A stretch of 64,000 nucleotides of DNA. Origin: Oopsacas minuta. Lineage: Eukaryota > Animalia > Porifera. Numbering within the stretch: position 1 is the first letter of the stretch; the number at the start of each line of letters is the position of its first letter. The notes beneath the pieces were generated by a model. The model was not told where the DNA came from. It did no database searches and saw only the letters and a list, made by a program, of their open reading frames with translations. The position numbers and the translations under genes were made by a program. Shown here piece after piece: positions 20,304 to 34,313 of this stretch. The stretch covers positions 777,186 to 841,185 of the forward strand of contig JAKMXF010000110.1 of NCBI GenBank assembly GCA_024704765.1, given 5' to 3'.

Positions 20304-23300
20304 TTATACACTGAGCTCTTTAAATGCTGAAGGAGTGGAGGAGGAATTCGAGCTCTCAAAACTCCTCATAGATTCTGGTATGTTTACTTTATACTTTGAG
20401 TTTCTGTTGTAAACAAGTATCTTCAGTAGTAATACTACTACCATAATTATTAGTACAAGTATTACAGATCCTACATAGAAGCCAACTATGGTCAGAGCTA
20501 TTATGTAGGTTAAGTCAGATCTTAGAGGGATGAAGGAAGGTAGAATTGTAGGTTCTGTTATGGGTGTTTGTTGATCTGTTGTTGTTTGATCAGTTTCTTG
20601 TATAGATATATCAGATGGTGTGCTTGTGGTTATCTCGATATGTACAGTAGTACTGGTCGTTTCTTCAGGTGTTGTTACTGCCTCTGTAGTGCTTTCCTCC
20701 GTTTCTGTAGTACCAGCTACTGTTTCTGGAGTACTTGTAATGCCCTCTGTAGTACTAGCTACTGTTTCTGGAGTACTCGTTACTCCCTCTGTAGTAGTAG
20801 CTACTGTTTCTGGAGTACTCGTTACTCCCTCTGTAGTACTTGCCACTGTTTCTGTAGTAGTTGCTACAGTTTCTGGAGTACTCGTTACTCCCTCTGTAGT
20901 ACTTGCTACTGTTTCTGGAGTACTCGTTACTCCCTCTGTAGTACTTGCCACTGTTTCTGTAGTAGTTGCTACAGTTTCTGGAGTACTCGTTACTCCCTCT
21001 GTAGTACTTGCTACTGTTTCTGGAGTACTCGTTACTCCCTCTGTAGTACTTGTCACTGTTTCTGTAGTACTTGCTACTCCCTCTGTAGTACTTGCTACTG
21101 TTTCTGTAGTGGTAGATGTAGTACTTTCCACTGGTATAGTAGTTACCTCCGGTGTAGTAGTAGTAGTGCTTGACTCTATTGTTGTACTAGGTTCCAAACA
21201 TGTTTTAGAAACAGGGTCCCAAATCGTCCCTTCTATACACACACAGGACTTATCGTCACATACCAATCCCTCTCCCTGACAACGGAATACGTCACCATCT
21301 TCGGTACAACCATCAAGACTCCTACAGCTGATACTATCAGGATGTAGTACATGGTCATCATAACATGAACAGCTGATCGTCTGGTTTACTAGATGTGACA
21401 CACAGCTGAACCTATCTGTATGACAGTAGTGTGAAGCTACCCCATCAGCTGATACACCACATGTAGACAGTTCCACACAGGCAGCCCCCTCTTCCAGGTC
21501 CCCTTGTCCTATAGGACAGGCACATGCATAGGACAGGTTACCACTGGGTATACAGAAATGAGGACATTTATCCTCAAAATCCCAGCACATTGTATTCTGA
21601 TAGTTCTTAGTACACTTTATGAAATTCTTGTTGTCATGGCAACTAGAGCTGAGACTAAACTGTGGTTCTGCTCGTGAGAACATGAGTAGACTGGACAGAT
21701 AGCTATGCTGACAGGTACAGTCCTCGTCGAATTTGCTTGATCTAACATTTAGTGTTGTCAGAGATACCATAGGTATGAATATTTCCACAGGAACATATAT
21801 AAGCTCTCTATTACTAGTTAGATATAGACTAGTCAGCTGATAGAGTGATGAGGTGTTGGTGGACAGAGTACGGAGACTATTGAGGTTACCTAGGTGCAGA
21901 TATGTGAGTTTAGTTAATCCTATGAGTGCTTCAGATGATATCGTCTCTAGATTAGGCATGTTAGCTAGTCTCAGTCTATTCAGTTGTTTGTTAGATACGA
22001 ATGTACCATCAGTTATCTCTATAGTATCCTCTGAGCCTGAGAGATATAGATTTCTTAAGTTTGGGAGATTTTTAAGGATAGTGTGAGTAAGATTTCCAAT
22101 GTTAAAGTTATTCAGATTGAGCTCTTCTAGATTCCCTGCTCCTCCCTCTGGTCGTGCTATGCTGGAGAGAGGGAGAGAGTGTATAGAGACGGATTGGAGT
22201 CGGAGTTTGATGATGGGGGGCATTGATAAGAATGAGTTAACATTCTCAAAGTGTGAGAATTCAAATCCTAACAGTTGTAGCTCCTTTAGCACTGGAAATA
22301 TCTGAAATAAAGAATATAAATATAATTACTATTATTCTATCTCTCACTAATGTATCGTTAGTATTTTTGCAGGATTTCCCTTTCTAATACACTTAATTGC
22401 TATTAGACCAATGTGGAACTATGGAAATGAGACCAACACCTTAACAATAATTCTAACTTCCAATTTAATACCAAATAATTTTTGCAACCAAGATTACTCA
22501 AATATGTAAAATCACTATATTCTATACGTCATCACTTACGAATAATGTTTCGCATAGAATCTGCTTAACGCCTTAAACCGACACATTAGCATAAATTGAA
22601 AATAACACAGAGATACTCGTGTAGCTTTGTCTGTGGTTATTTTGTCTATATTGACAAGATTATACTTTCAAGAAATTAATAGTGTATAGTTGCAGTTCTG
22701 GTTTGATTAATCACTCAGTTCATAGATAAGTGGCGAGTCAGTAAATTGGCCACTGAGCTATTTCAAACATAGTTGCACTTCATATGATTGTGTCGAATAA
22801 CTATTCACATTCCTTACATCAAATATGTACACAGCTCTAGAAAAATATATTATTTGGCGAATTCTTGCATCTACAATGATTATACGAATCTCTGGATAAG
22901 ACATAAAATGATCAGTCCTTCTCAGTCCTTCTAATTCCATTCAATGAGCAACTCCTGTTATACCGAAATACCCGCTTAGAAGTCATAAATTGTACAAATA
23001 TGGTTCCAAACCGTCAAAGTAATATAAATTAGATTGAATTTGGTATATTGAGTTACTACTCTTGAATAGGTGTTATGTGAATTTCCAGTGCCTTAATTCT
23101 GTAATATAATAGTTTAGTATAATTAAGTTCGAATGAATTAAAGCTTAATGAAATATTCACTAAGAAATGGATATCTTACAAAATATTAATATGCAAACTT
23201 AACAAAATACTTAAGTGTAGTCACACTACTAACCATAAGGAGGATAGTAATTGTACTAAGTCATGTTTATGTTAACTATGCTGTTTACTGTAGTTACGTA

Positions 23301-24668
23301 ATGGTAATAGGAATTTCCTGAGGGATACAAGGAGGTAGGACTACAGGCCACCATTGGGCTGATAAACAGCCTCCTGTAGCTTTATGCAACTTGAGACAGT
23401 TTATATGTAAAATAGAATATAGCTTGTTAATAGCTTCTAATTATATAAGTGGTGAGATGAAAGAGTTATGAATCCTTTCATTTCTGTGTAATTAGCTGGC
23501 ATATATGTAATAATAATTTTATTAAAGATATAAACTACCGCAGACAGTAGCAATTTGCAAATATTGCAATAATATATTTATGGAATTATTGCCAACTCCC
23601 GTAATATCGTAGCTCAAGGAACAGCGATAATTAATCCGATTTAAGAGATGAGATATAGGGCAATTGGACAGTTTGTGATCAAGTTTTACTATTCAAGACT
23701 TCCATGTATATCAGTGTTATTGTAGTAGGATATAATGTAATTGATGCAAAACACAGTTCCAGCCGAATCGATAAAACTCTTGCAGCCGTGTTAATACTGC
23801 CATATATGGTGGTAATCTGATAATAATGTTATTGGCAATAGTGTCTATACTTACAGTAAGTGTCAGACAATATAGTCAGCTTATTAGTTACGTATTAGAT
23901 CATGAAATTCTATATTAAACTCACTCTATTGTCAAAGAACACTGATTCATCAAAACTACCAGTAGGCGATGTCATCTTAAGAGTTAAGCTCTCTAGCGTG
24001 TGTAGAGGTGTTAAAAGAATTGATGACGTCATTAATGGGTAGAATTCAAAATCCTCTAAAGTTAATTTTTTCAGTTTAGGTAGTGTCTCTCCTAATTTGA
24101 ATACTGAGTCTAACAGGATATGCTCTACCCACTCTCCCTCTGTATTTGATAACAGTAAAGACTCTAGGCCAAGGAGTCCTGCTAGGTTACCAGTAGTTAC
24201 ACCGCTTATGTTGAAACCGGTTACGCTAAGTCTTTTGAGTTTCTCCAGATTGTCCTGTGTACCAATCCTGCTTACATCAAAGGGAACTGCTTGCACGGTG
24301 TATAGAGATATAACAGATATAGCTCCAGGCGTAGAAGAGAACATATATGGAGAGTAGTTGGTAGAGGAAGTGTCTGGATAGATGTATACTCTTAGGAAGG
24401 ATAATTTCTCGAATATAGAGAGGTCTGGGTATAAGATAGGGGAGAGATTGTTTGTGTGGTACTGGTCAGATGTGCCCACATATAAACTCAACCATCTGAC
24501 CAGATCTCTATCATCAGCTGGTATAAAAGGTGTGAAGTCTGTAGAAGTCAATAGTTCACATTTTAGCTCACCATTTGTTGCAGAGAAGATACAGCCTTCT
24601 TCACAAATTGTGTTTCTTATAAATACAAAACACAAAACAATAACAAGTCTAATAATATTCATTTTCAT
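20304..24668 (-). CDS. Type I membrane protein: signal peptide, LRRs, LRRCT, EGF-like repeats, mucin-like stalk, TM, short tail (2 exons, ~910 aa)
   Basis: Exon 1 (24668-23925; donor AGA|GTGAGT) joins exon 2 (22301-20304; acceptor TTTCAG|) in phase 0 across a 1623-bp intron. LxxLxLxxN repeats, FDEDCTCQ cap, Cys-rich EGF-like units, T/E-rich repeats and hydrophobic TM YIIALTIVGFYVGSVILVLIIMVVVLLL. Confidence 0.88.
20700..21125 (-). repeat. Coding VNTR of 21-bp subunits encoding TVASTTE / GVTSTPE mucin repeats
   Basis: Near-identical units such as GCTACTGTTTCTGGAGTACTCGTTACTCCCTCTGTAGTA repeated in 42- and 63-bp higher-order blocks. Confidence 0.92.
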
Positions 24669-26997
24669 TTTTATTTCATTTGATAACTTCAGCTAGCATT
24701 TATACTAGCTAGCTGCAATGTATACGTCTGTGTTAATAGAGTATTGGAATATAGACCTACCTCCCAGGGTGATGAGAATACTGCTGGCGACCTATTAGCA
24801 CGTTAGTACATGTGTGTCAGGTATTACTGGGACGTAACGTAAAATTTGTTCGTCACCTTTGTGAAACAGGAAACTGAAGCCATATAGAATTTAGAGAGGA
24901 AGAAACTAACTCAAAATGTTGCGTAGTCGTGTTTGTGTATCGGAAATTTACAGTAAAGGCCCGGAATAATTCTGAGAATACATACGACAATACATTTCGT
25001 ATCTAATCTTCCAGCTTGTAAGATATGTATATACCCTCTCTTATTAATTGAATATTATACTTACTCGTCTATCCCAGTAGACCTGAAAGTTCCATTAGCT
25101 ACTTCTCTCCCTTGGGGTCATATTGTAACTACTCTCTGGAATTATTCTATCGTCATTAATTCACTAACGAATATAATTACAATTGTATAATAAACATATT
25201 ATCAGTAATTATGAGATGCATACGGATTCCTATCTACCCGTAAGGTTGCTAACATGCTAATATAAGTTCCAATAATTAACATTTACGTATTTCCCGTATA
25301 GAAGAAACTTATCCCTCGGGGGGGGAAACGACACCCTTCGACCCAATATACCAATTTTACATATGGTACAGGACCCTCCTGAGTCCGTAACCTGTTCTAG
25401 GAATATTCTCTCTGATCAGACAACAGAATAACTTGAATACTTTACTCGTCATGTTGTTCTTTTAGAATCTCTCTTAGTGACCCTCCAGGCCTAACTTAGA
25501 GTGCTAATATAGAACCTGTGTCTGTGTTAAGGTATACCACGCATCCAATAATTATTATACAACAGCTAATGGCAAACTGTAGTCCCTAGCTATAGCACGA
25601 ACACCTACAATTAAGTTATCAGCTGAACTGAAGTGATAAACCTAAATAGGTCTGAATTCTGGCCTGCGATCAGCGGATAAATAAAATTCTATACAATTAT
25701 TATATGTATGAATATACGTGTTTGTCTCCTCTAACACCCCAGCACTTCTTTAATTAATAACCAATTATCCATCATATTGTGTCTGGCGCCCAATTAGTGT
25801 CATTGTGTCCTCTAATGGCAGACAATACAGCTGATACCATTTTAATGTGAGACCATCAACAATGAATTGTGATAATATTTGTTGATTTAAGCGATAATAA
25901 GAACTATAGCTGGGATAGTTCTGTATAGACATATTCACATATTGATACACATATCTAAGGTAGTCTGTGTTATGTCTGATAAACTATTGCGACAGACAAT
26001 ATTCGTCTGTTTATTTGTTATCCTTACTTGTCCTGTGTTCCTACTGATAATAACATTATCACACCCATGTATGTAATGTGTTAACAGTTATGTCTAACAT
26101 TCTATTATATACTTAGAGGTCGTGTTACGTAATTTCTCTCAAATATCACAAGTAATCACTGATTCAATGAGAATTGATGTAATGGGCTGGATTCATAAAT
26201 CCATTCTATAGGCGCCATTTGGAGGTGTTTACAGTTGTTTTTAGTCTCACTAAAGTGTTATAAACCAGAATATTACGTAAACTAATACGCCAAATCGTAC
26301 ATAAATGTAATCATTTTGAAAGTAAGTCCTGCTAAGTTTCTACATATATTTGTTATTCCATCCTAGTAACCATGTGTATCAATTGGCATTTGAATTAATT
26401 CATTATCTGTTTGTGTCCATTTGTACCACGGATACTACTACAGGTTTAGCCCTCTCTCCTAGGTATTTATTCGTTGTTAATTTGTAATAATTGTGGCTTT
26501 GTGGTGGAATTAATAATATGTAACTAGCTAGTGGATATGAATCATATCATTATCACCTCAGCTCTATCTGAGCTAACCATATACCAGGTGATATGACAAT
26601 TTCCTAATTTAGTGATTAATCATATGATTAATCCAGGTTTAGCTATTAATTATTCATATAGTGGTGTGTTAGGTCAAATTGTGTGTTGATAAATATGATT
26701 ATTCAGTCGTGCTATAACGATCTGACGGTGATAGCACCTGACAACCAGAGTTAAGCAAAATATTATCTGCATATTTATCTCGGTGGATGTGACCATGGTT
26801 ACCAGTAGAGGACAATTTCGTCCAATTAGAATATCCCCTCCCCCGTGACAGGATAGTAACATATTTTGCAAATGTTATGTAATAATGTATAAGCATTGCT
26901 TATAATATAAGTAACTGATTGCGTCTTATATCAAATATTTCTTATCATAGTGTTTGCAAACAAACAAACAATGAACTACGATTCATGTTAGGTAAGC

Positions 26998-27213
26998 TAT
27001 CTCGGCCTGTGTGTATATCTATCAGCTGTCCTGCTGGTTATATACGGAGACCGTTCATACGTTACGTCCCACAGAGAAATATCCTACTAGTATAATCTCC
27101 ACAAACCTCCGTGTATATATGTTAATTTCTATGGCACTAGGAATTAGGTCTATTATACTCACTCCCTTTCCAGAGCCTCGGTTATGAGGTTTGACAGTAT
27201 AGCTATTATTTGT

Positions 27214-27293
<80 letters not shown>

Positions 27294-27606
27294 ACATTTA
27301 CAGAAACTGAATTGGTTGCAGAGTTGTATGAATCTTGCCGTAAGGAATTCTATGCTCGTAATTATCCAGATCCACTGATATAGTGTCATACCTCTGTCCA
27401 AATGATGACACAGGGGTTGAATTATTTGTGAAAGGTGTCTTCATGCCCCCCAGGTACCCATACTGTCTATTGAACCCTTTCATCTTTTTGTAGTATCTCC
27501 ATAGCAACAGCAATAGAAGCACAAGGAATGTTATGAATAATGTGAATACTGCGATTAAGGTCAGGGCTAGTGTCAGCTGTATTTCTTTTGGTGTTACAGT
27601 TTGCAT
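26998..27606 (-). CDS. Small single-pass membrane protein with Tyr-rich cytoplasmic tail (3' structure uncertain)
   Basis: ATG at 27606, 9-aa ectodomain, 26-aa hydrophobic helix, RYYKKMK stop-transfer and several Tyr motifs (YGYL, YDTI, YEHR, YGKI). Plausible in-frame exons follow at ~27200-27162 and ~27085-26998. Confidence 0.55.
27215..27290. repeat. (TTA)n microsatellite, ~25 units
   Basis: Pure TTA run, intronic; source of the spurious poly-Leu and poly-Asn ORFs. Confidence 0.97.
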
Positions 27607-28160
27607 TTTAGTTATTTGTTAGTTTAGTTAATATTCAGTTTATATATGTTCTGTAGTTATGTAAATGGGTCCTCGTATAAACTAATCTGCCTACCTTAGC
27701 ATGATCTGGTTGCTAAGCTATATGCAATTAGATTTATTACTGATTTTATCTAGAATCACATTGTATCTTTTATGTTAGTAGCCTGGCACATTCCTCAGGT
27801 GATCTGGTATCCTGGGAGATAACAATTTCTAATTCATGAGAATATTGATGAATTAATTATGGGCTCTTTACAAATATTTTAATTTCTATTCAAATTATCC
27901 TATGGATAATATTGAAAATATTCAATATTATTATATTGTATTATTATCTCCAATTGACACCTTACAGCGAATAATCACTCCCCCTAATCAGGATTTCTCA
28001 ACCTGAGGTCTATGGACCCCTTGGTCATCCACAGGGCCCACAGGATCTCAAAAATGTGTATTACAATCTGTGGGAGGGTCACAGAATGTGTTAAAATATT
28101 CTAACTAGATATTTCAATACTTAGAGCACATTTGTGCATATCCATGGTTATTCAATCACC

Positions 28161-30341
28161 ATGGCAACCCCATCCCTTGTAAAGAATGTCAAGCACACAA
28201 TGTTCACTACACCAGAGAGTACCCGTCGTCCCCTGCATGAGACCTATGAGGTAGGGAGGGAGATAGGTAAGGGGAGTTATGGTAACGTGTTTAGAGCTAC
28301 ACATAAACACACGGGACTAGTCTGTGCTGTAAAAGTTATACAGAAAGATAAGGTAATACATTTGTATTAGTGGACTATGGATATGTTATTTATTGTTTGT
28401 TGTTTAGGCAGATAAGAGGTTTAACAGATTTGTAGATAATGAATTGGAAATATTAAAGTTTGTCAAACACAGACATATTGTAGCTCTACTCGAGATTATG
28501 GAGACCCCAGATGTTAGTTATTGTTGTTTATTATTTTAGTACGAACACCAAAATATGTTCGCTTTATCCGGCATTGTAGAGACCTGATTATGTGTAATTA
28601 CTGGTTGTCTTATCGGGAAATTTGTATAGAACTTCTACCTGGTAACAGAACTATGTGATGGAGGGGAACTAGAGACTAAAATATATCCAGAAGAGGTACA
28701 CAACTAACTGACTAATGTTGATGGTGATTACATTCCATTTAACCGTTTAGGAAGTCAAGATAATAATCTCCAGACTAGTGGATGTTGTGCAATATTTACA
28801 CACTAATAGTTAGTTATTATTGTTTACTTCATTTTTTAGCTATAAACTTAGTATTTTGAAGGTGTGTGGAATGTGATACATCTAGGAGCATATCAGTATA
28901 TTTAAGAGATATTAATAATAATCTCCGAGATATGACATAATGTGTCTGTCCTATCAGATTTGAGTATTTGTCCAGTACAGCTGATATTCTATTAGTTAAA
29001 TTTATTTGTATTTATTCTTAACACCTTCTGAGATTATAATTCAATTTATTTTTGCCTGTTCTATTTATAGATTTGGTACATAGAGATATTAAACCTGAGA
29101 ATATTCTGCTAGCTAAGAACACAGATGATCAATTTGATATAAGAGTTAGTTATAATGTTAATGGACCATGGATTATGAGTTTAATAATATAATTCTATTT
29201 CTATAGTTGGGAGATTTTGGATTGTCTTGTTATAAAGGGACAGAGGACATGCTCTTGGACTCATGTGGTACCCCTCTATACATGGGTAAGTAACCCTATC
29301 CTATTGCACCATATTATTCTTATAATTATATTAATTATAGCTCCAGAGGTGTTAAAGAACCTTGCTTATAGTGATAAGTGTGACATATGGAGTATAGGCG
29401 TTATAATGTATCAGCTGTAAGTTATATTTATAGTATACATTCCTATCTTACTTATTGGTTGCTAGTCTTACAGGTGTTGATAGTATGGTGCTTAACTCAA
29501 TGCTACAAGACGATTGGTTGGATTATGAACTGTTAACTAACTCTTCTAAGGAAGGTATTTGTTTGTTTGCTTGTTTATTTATTTATTTATTTATTTGTGT
29601 TTGTTTAGCTCAGAATTTGTTAAAAAGAATGCTAACACACAATCCAGCTAATCGAGACTCAGCTAGTGAAGTTCTACACAACCCGTGGATAACCGTTAGT
29701 AGCCAATCATTTTGTTTACTTATTTGTTGTTATTTATGTGTTTGCAGGGTGATTCTTATAACGGAGAAGTGAGAATGAATGTGTTAGAATTAATGGAACA
29801 AATGAATACTGAAAATACTCAAACAGTTAAGAAGGATAATGAACCGATTAAAGTTAAACCTCAAATAATTAGTAAACAGGTATACATGTATTCTGTTATG
29901 ATTAATCATATTTTCACACCTTTCATACAGACTAGTTTCTTGTTAAAATCTCATCACACTACCAGACCAGCATCTGTACACCCTCCTATGAGGAAGGTGT
30001 GTTTGTTGTTTATTTGTTGGTTATTTGTTTGTTTATTTGTTTATTTGTTTACTTATCACTCAGACATCTCATCAAGTTAGAATGCGGACAAGCATGACAA
30101 CAGTTAGTTACCCTTATACACCATAGGAATTTATGATTTATTCTATACATGTCCCCAGGACAAATACGACCCCAGGAGACTAACTAACCCAGAAATTCTG
30201 AACCGTCCCACTACCTCTCTCTCCCCCTCCCGTCACCAGACAGGGGGTATACCCTCCTATATGCAGGACACTAAATCTAGTCGTATAGCTAAAGAAACAA
30301 CTGATTCCAGAGGTGTTAAGAGGAAAACTATTGTACATTAA
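28161..30341 (+). CDS. STK33: Serine/threonine kinase 33 (CAMK group), multi-exon
   Basis: All subdomains in order: IGKGSYG, AVK, ELCDGGEL, HRDIKPEN, DFG, CGTPLYMAPE, CDIWSIGV, and the post-kinase NVLELME motif typical of STK33. Last exon ends TAA at 30339-30341. Confidence 0.85.
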
Positions 30342-30572
30342 TTACTTCTTTTTATGATTTATTTTATCTGAACAGAAATACTCACATTAAACTCTTGGAC
30401 TATGGATATGTTATCATTATTTAATACCAACGAGGTAACCATGATAACTGGGACATACCACCTCACAAAAGCACGTTAAGGATGTAGTATGTGATTATAT
30501 ATTATGTCCCCCTGTAGGAGGGTGTAAAATATGAATAATCACTAATAATATATCACTTTTACAATTAGAATT

Positions 30573-33500
30573 ATGTCCTCACTTGATGGTAGCACGTATA
30601 CGGGGGACAATTCAGGTATCCCCTTGGATCTAGCATGGGTAGAGATGAGTAGGGTTAATCTCCCTGCTCTGATAAGAAGAGCAGATTCTCATATGACACG
30701 CAGGAGTATAAAGAAGGAATGGCAAGCAGCTTGGTTACTCAGAGCTGTTACTTGTATAGATCTTACTACTCTTGATGGTGATGATACTCCAGGAAATGTA
30801 AATAGGTATATATTACATATTTTCCACCTTGTAGTTCCTTGTATATTATATTTTGTGTAGACTATGCTTCAAGGCTCGTGACCCGGTTAGAAGTGATCTC
30901 ATAGAATCGATGGGAGTAGAACAGCTTAATATCCAAGTAGCAGCTGTGTGTGTATATCCCAGTAGAGTACCAGACGTAGTTAAAGCATTCTCTGATATGA
31001 AACTAGCTAGACATATACCTATAGCTTCTGTAGCTGCTGGATTCCCAGCTGGTGAGTTATACTCTAGTCTAGCAACCAGATAGGATCGTAGGTATTTACG
31101 TCATAAGTAACACTTAATTATAGAGGGTATGTGCCTATTTGGTGGACACTTTTAGTGAGACATAACTTGTTGGGTTATTGGTATCTATCCATGGTCCAAT
31201 AAGACTAATGCTATTGAGTTAGTATACTTCCTAACATATTATTACATATCTTGCTTATGTTTATATCTACTCATATTCCTGTTTGTTAGGTCAGACTCCT
31301 CTCTCCCAGCGTATAGATGAGATAAGAACAGCTATAGAGTACGGAGCTACTGAGATTGATATTGTTATTAATAGGACACTAGTACTCACAGGAAGATGGA
31401 CAGAATTATATAATGAGGTAGCTTAATAATAAGGATAATAGCCATCCTATATGCTTATTAGTTATTGAACCATGGATGCTTTGATGTTGTTCTATATCAT
31501 TTTGAGACACTCCTCGCTTGGTTGGAAAGTGATTTCTAAATAACAAAAACTAACTCCACCATCCATGGTTGAATATCTAATAACCATATATATATGGGAA
31601 CAATTTTCGTCTAAACTATCCCCCCCATTATTAGGTATGTGAGATGAAGCAGGCCTGTGGATCAGTCCCCCTTAAGACTATACTGGGTACAGGACAGCTA
31701 GGTACCCTTACTAACGTGTATAAAGCAAGTCTAGTGAGTATGATGGCAGGATCAGACTTCATTAAGACTAGTACAGGGAAGGAAGTTGTTAATGCTACAT
31801 TTCCTGTAGCTTTAACCATGCTTAGAGCTATAAGGGAGTACTATCAGAGGACGGGATATAAGGTCGGATTCAAACCTGCTGGTTAGTTAATATGATTTAC
31901 ACATTCCTTATTCCATAAAGCGTTGCTATGAGTTGGAGCTCAGGTTGGGAACTGCTTAGCTATATTTCTTGGTGTTCGTCTTAATATGAATATCCTATAA
32001 TTCATATAAACATAGGCGTTAGGATAGTTCATCCTACGAATCAGCTGTTCTCTAATCATATAATTATCCCATTAATACCTAGTTTACTAGTGTATTAGTA
32101 TAATCTATTAATAGGCACCCCCTGTATACGTCTATGGTAATACTATATGTACTTTCATAATACAGGTTAATGAGGATATCAAATATTAATCCTACTTCCC
32201 TCATGCCTCTTCATATGTCATATAGTGGTAACTTCTTACAGTAGGCTAAATAACCCACTAAACTGATAATATATGCTCTTGAATAGTTATAAAGTAGCAT
32301 AGCAACGAATCTGGGTAGATAGAATGTCTGAGCATACTAATACACTACTAGGAGAGTTCTCAGCTCTGAGGACTGAGATTAGAGATAAGTTCCAGTTAAT
32401 TAAGATTAATTTGAATCACAGAGAACAAGAACTGAATAAAAGAGTAAATGAATTGGAGGATAATTACAAGAATCAATCAGAAGGGATATTATCAGATCTC
32501 AAGAAGTTACAGAGTACATACAAGGTTTTAGAGGGTAACCTCAACACCAAAGAGCTAGCAGGGACCCAGGAAGCAACTCTCTCTCTGATAACTGATAAGA
32601 TAGAGGTGTTACAAACTAGTTATGCACAGTTACAGTGTCATGTTAGTATAAAGATAGATACAGAGCATATTGTGAGTATTGTAGATAAACTGGGAGACAT
32701 TACTTATGGGGAGGGAAAGGATACAGTCTCTCCTGACCTAGCGACCCGTCCTATACTCAGGTCACACACACCGGACCCCTATACCAGTGAGGACACATTT
32801 TCATACCCTAAGAGATCCGGTAGGCACTCAACAGTTGAGCCATTCACTAAGTCGGATAACTTCTCTACACAGTCCCTATACTCCCGATATGAGCGATCTA
32901 CTCCTGACAGTACTCACAGAATGGAGAGGAGAGTACCCAGAACTATATCTGAGACAGGACATGGGTACAGTACCCCCCAACCTGTTAAGAAGAGCGCTAA
33001 TATTATAGGCAAGAGAAAATGGAAATAATTATTTGTTTATCGAATCTTTGGTTGCATGTTTGGGAATATTCTTATCTTAATTAACATACATATTGTCTTA
33101 TATTCTATTTGCTAGGGAGAAATACTCCTCACCTGACAACCAGTATGTCCATAGTTATGTATAACCCTTATTGTTCTACAGGTGGTATAAGGAGTGCTAA
33201 GGAGTCTCTATCTTGGTTAAGTCTCATGAAGGAGGAGTTAGGAAGTGAGTGGACACACCCTAAACTGTTCCGTATGGGAGCATCCTCTCTCCTCGGGGAT
33301 ATAGAAAGACAGCTGTATCACCAAGTTAGTACATTCATTCCTTTATATACATGCGTTGCTGTGCAGTTGTTCCAAGCGTAATTCCCTTAGTAAACCTATT
33401 GTCTCTGTTAAAATATGCTATTTCCTATCCTGACACCTAGAAGAGGACCAATTCCGAGTATAACCGAAAACCGCTGTCCTATAAAAATACATATGTTACT

Positions 33501-34313
33501 CACATATTGTCCCTATGTCCCCCTAATGGGTAACATAATATTGATGGGTAACACTTATCCATTTATTAATATTAATTAATAATAGTTACAGATTCTAATT
33601 GGATTAATAAGCGATATTATTGGTTAATTCTATAAACGTGATTAATAGAAATTCTGTATTATTTGTATCATTATTACACTTTGATTAGTTAATTTAATTA
33701 ACTTGTTTTATTAATATTTTTACGTACTATTTGGTGGATTATATTTCTCATATTTTGTCGCTTATGATTATAAGGTCACTGTTAGTTGGAAACTAGTTCT
33801 GTCACATGAATAACTACACACAATATATTAATAACTAACGGGAGAATAGTAGTGATTTTATCTTCACAGACCTCCTTTCACACTCTTAATTAAGATATTT
33901 AGAAGTAGAATCATTCAATTTTCCATGAATTGCCGTCCGCCTGCCCATATTCTTAGCTAGACATCACGTGGAGCTGAAATAAGTTTGCCATTAACTAAAC
34001 AATATTCTAATTTATCTCTCAAGTTTATCACCTCCCTCTAGGGGGGTATTCCAGCCTCTATAAGATACAAATATATGTTTAATAGTGCTTATCTGTTAGT
34101 ATTGATTTACCTAATATTATAACATTCCTATGTGAGACTCTATGGCAACGCTAACTAAGATATTTCCTCTCCAAACGAGACTATCTCAATTAATAATATC
34201 AAATTACAATCATTTGTTGTGTATAATGATCGTTTGTTTATTTGTTGTTATTTATGTTTATTATTTAGGTGACAGGTCGCTACGCTGCCATCCACCAGAT
34301 GCCCATGTCTTAG
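30573..34313 (+). CDS. DERA: Deoxyribose-phosphate aldolase, 6 exons
   Basis: Exons 30573-30805, 30861-31051, 31290-31417, 31635-31881, 33182-~33324 and 34269-34313. Motifs CIDLTTL.GDDT, AAVCVYP, SVAAGFPAGQ, GSDFIKTSTGKE, GFKPA|GGIR, FRMGASSLLGDIERQ and terminal VTGRYAAIHQMPMS*. Confidence 0.96.
32324..33028 (+). CDS. Nested intronless coiled-coil protein (234 aa) inside DERA intron 4
   Basis: ATG-to-stop ORF of 705 nt in a 1300-bp intron; heptad-rich N-terminal half (like TRIM/B-box C-terminal coiled coils) and Ser/Pro/Arg-rich C-terminal half. Confidence 0.7.
   Translation: MSEHTNTLLGEFSALRTEIRDKFQLIKINLNHREQELNKRVNELEDNYKNQSEGILSDLKKLQSTYKVLEGNLNTKELAGTQEATLSLITDKIEVLQTSYAQLQCHVSIKIDTEHIVSIVDKLGDITYGEGKDTVSPDLATRPILRSHTPDPYTSEDTFSYPKRSGRHSTVEPFTKSDNFSTQSLYSRYERSTPDSTHRMERRVPRTISETGHGYSTPQPVKKSANIIGKRKWK

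Noticed and set aside
20568-21279. Cys-rich (201 aa) and Val-rich (219 aa) + strand ORFs
   Set aside because: Antisense readings of the mucin VNTR.
24769-24877. C/D snoRNA candidate (GTGATGA...CTGA); also ATGATGA at 3068
   Set aside because: No terminal stem or recognisable rRNA guide; the 3068 site has no D box.
27159-27401. Poly-Asn and poly-Leu ORFs
   Set aside because: Artefacts of the (TTA)n microsatellite.
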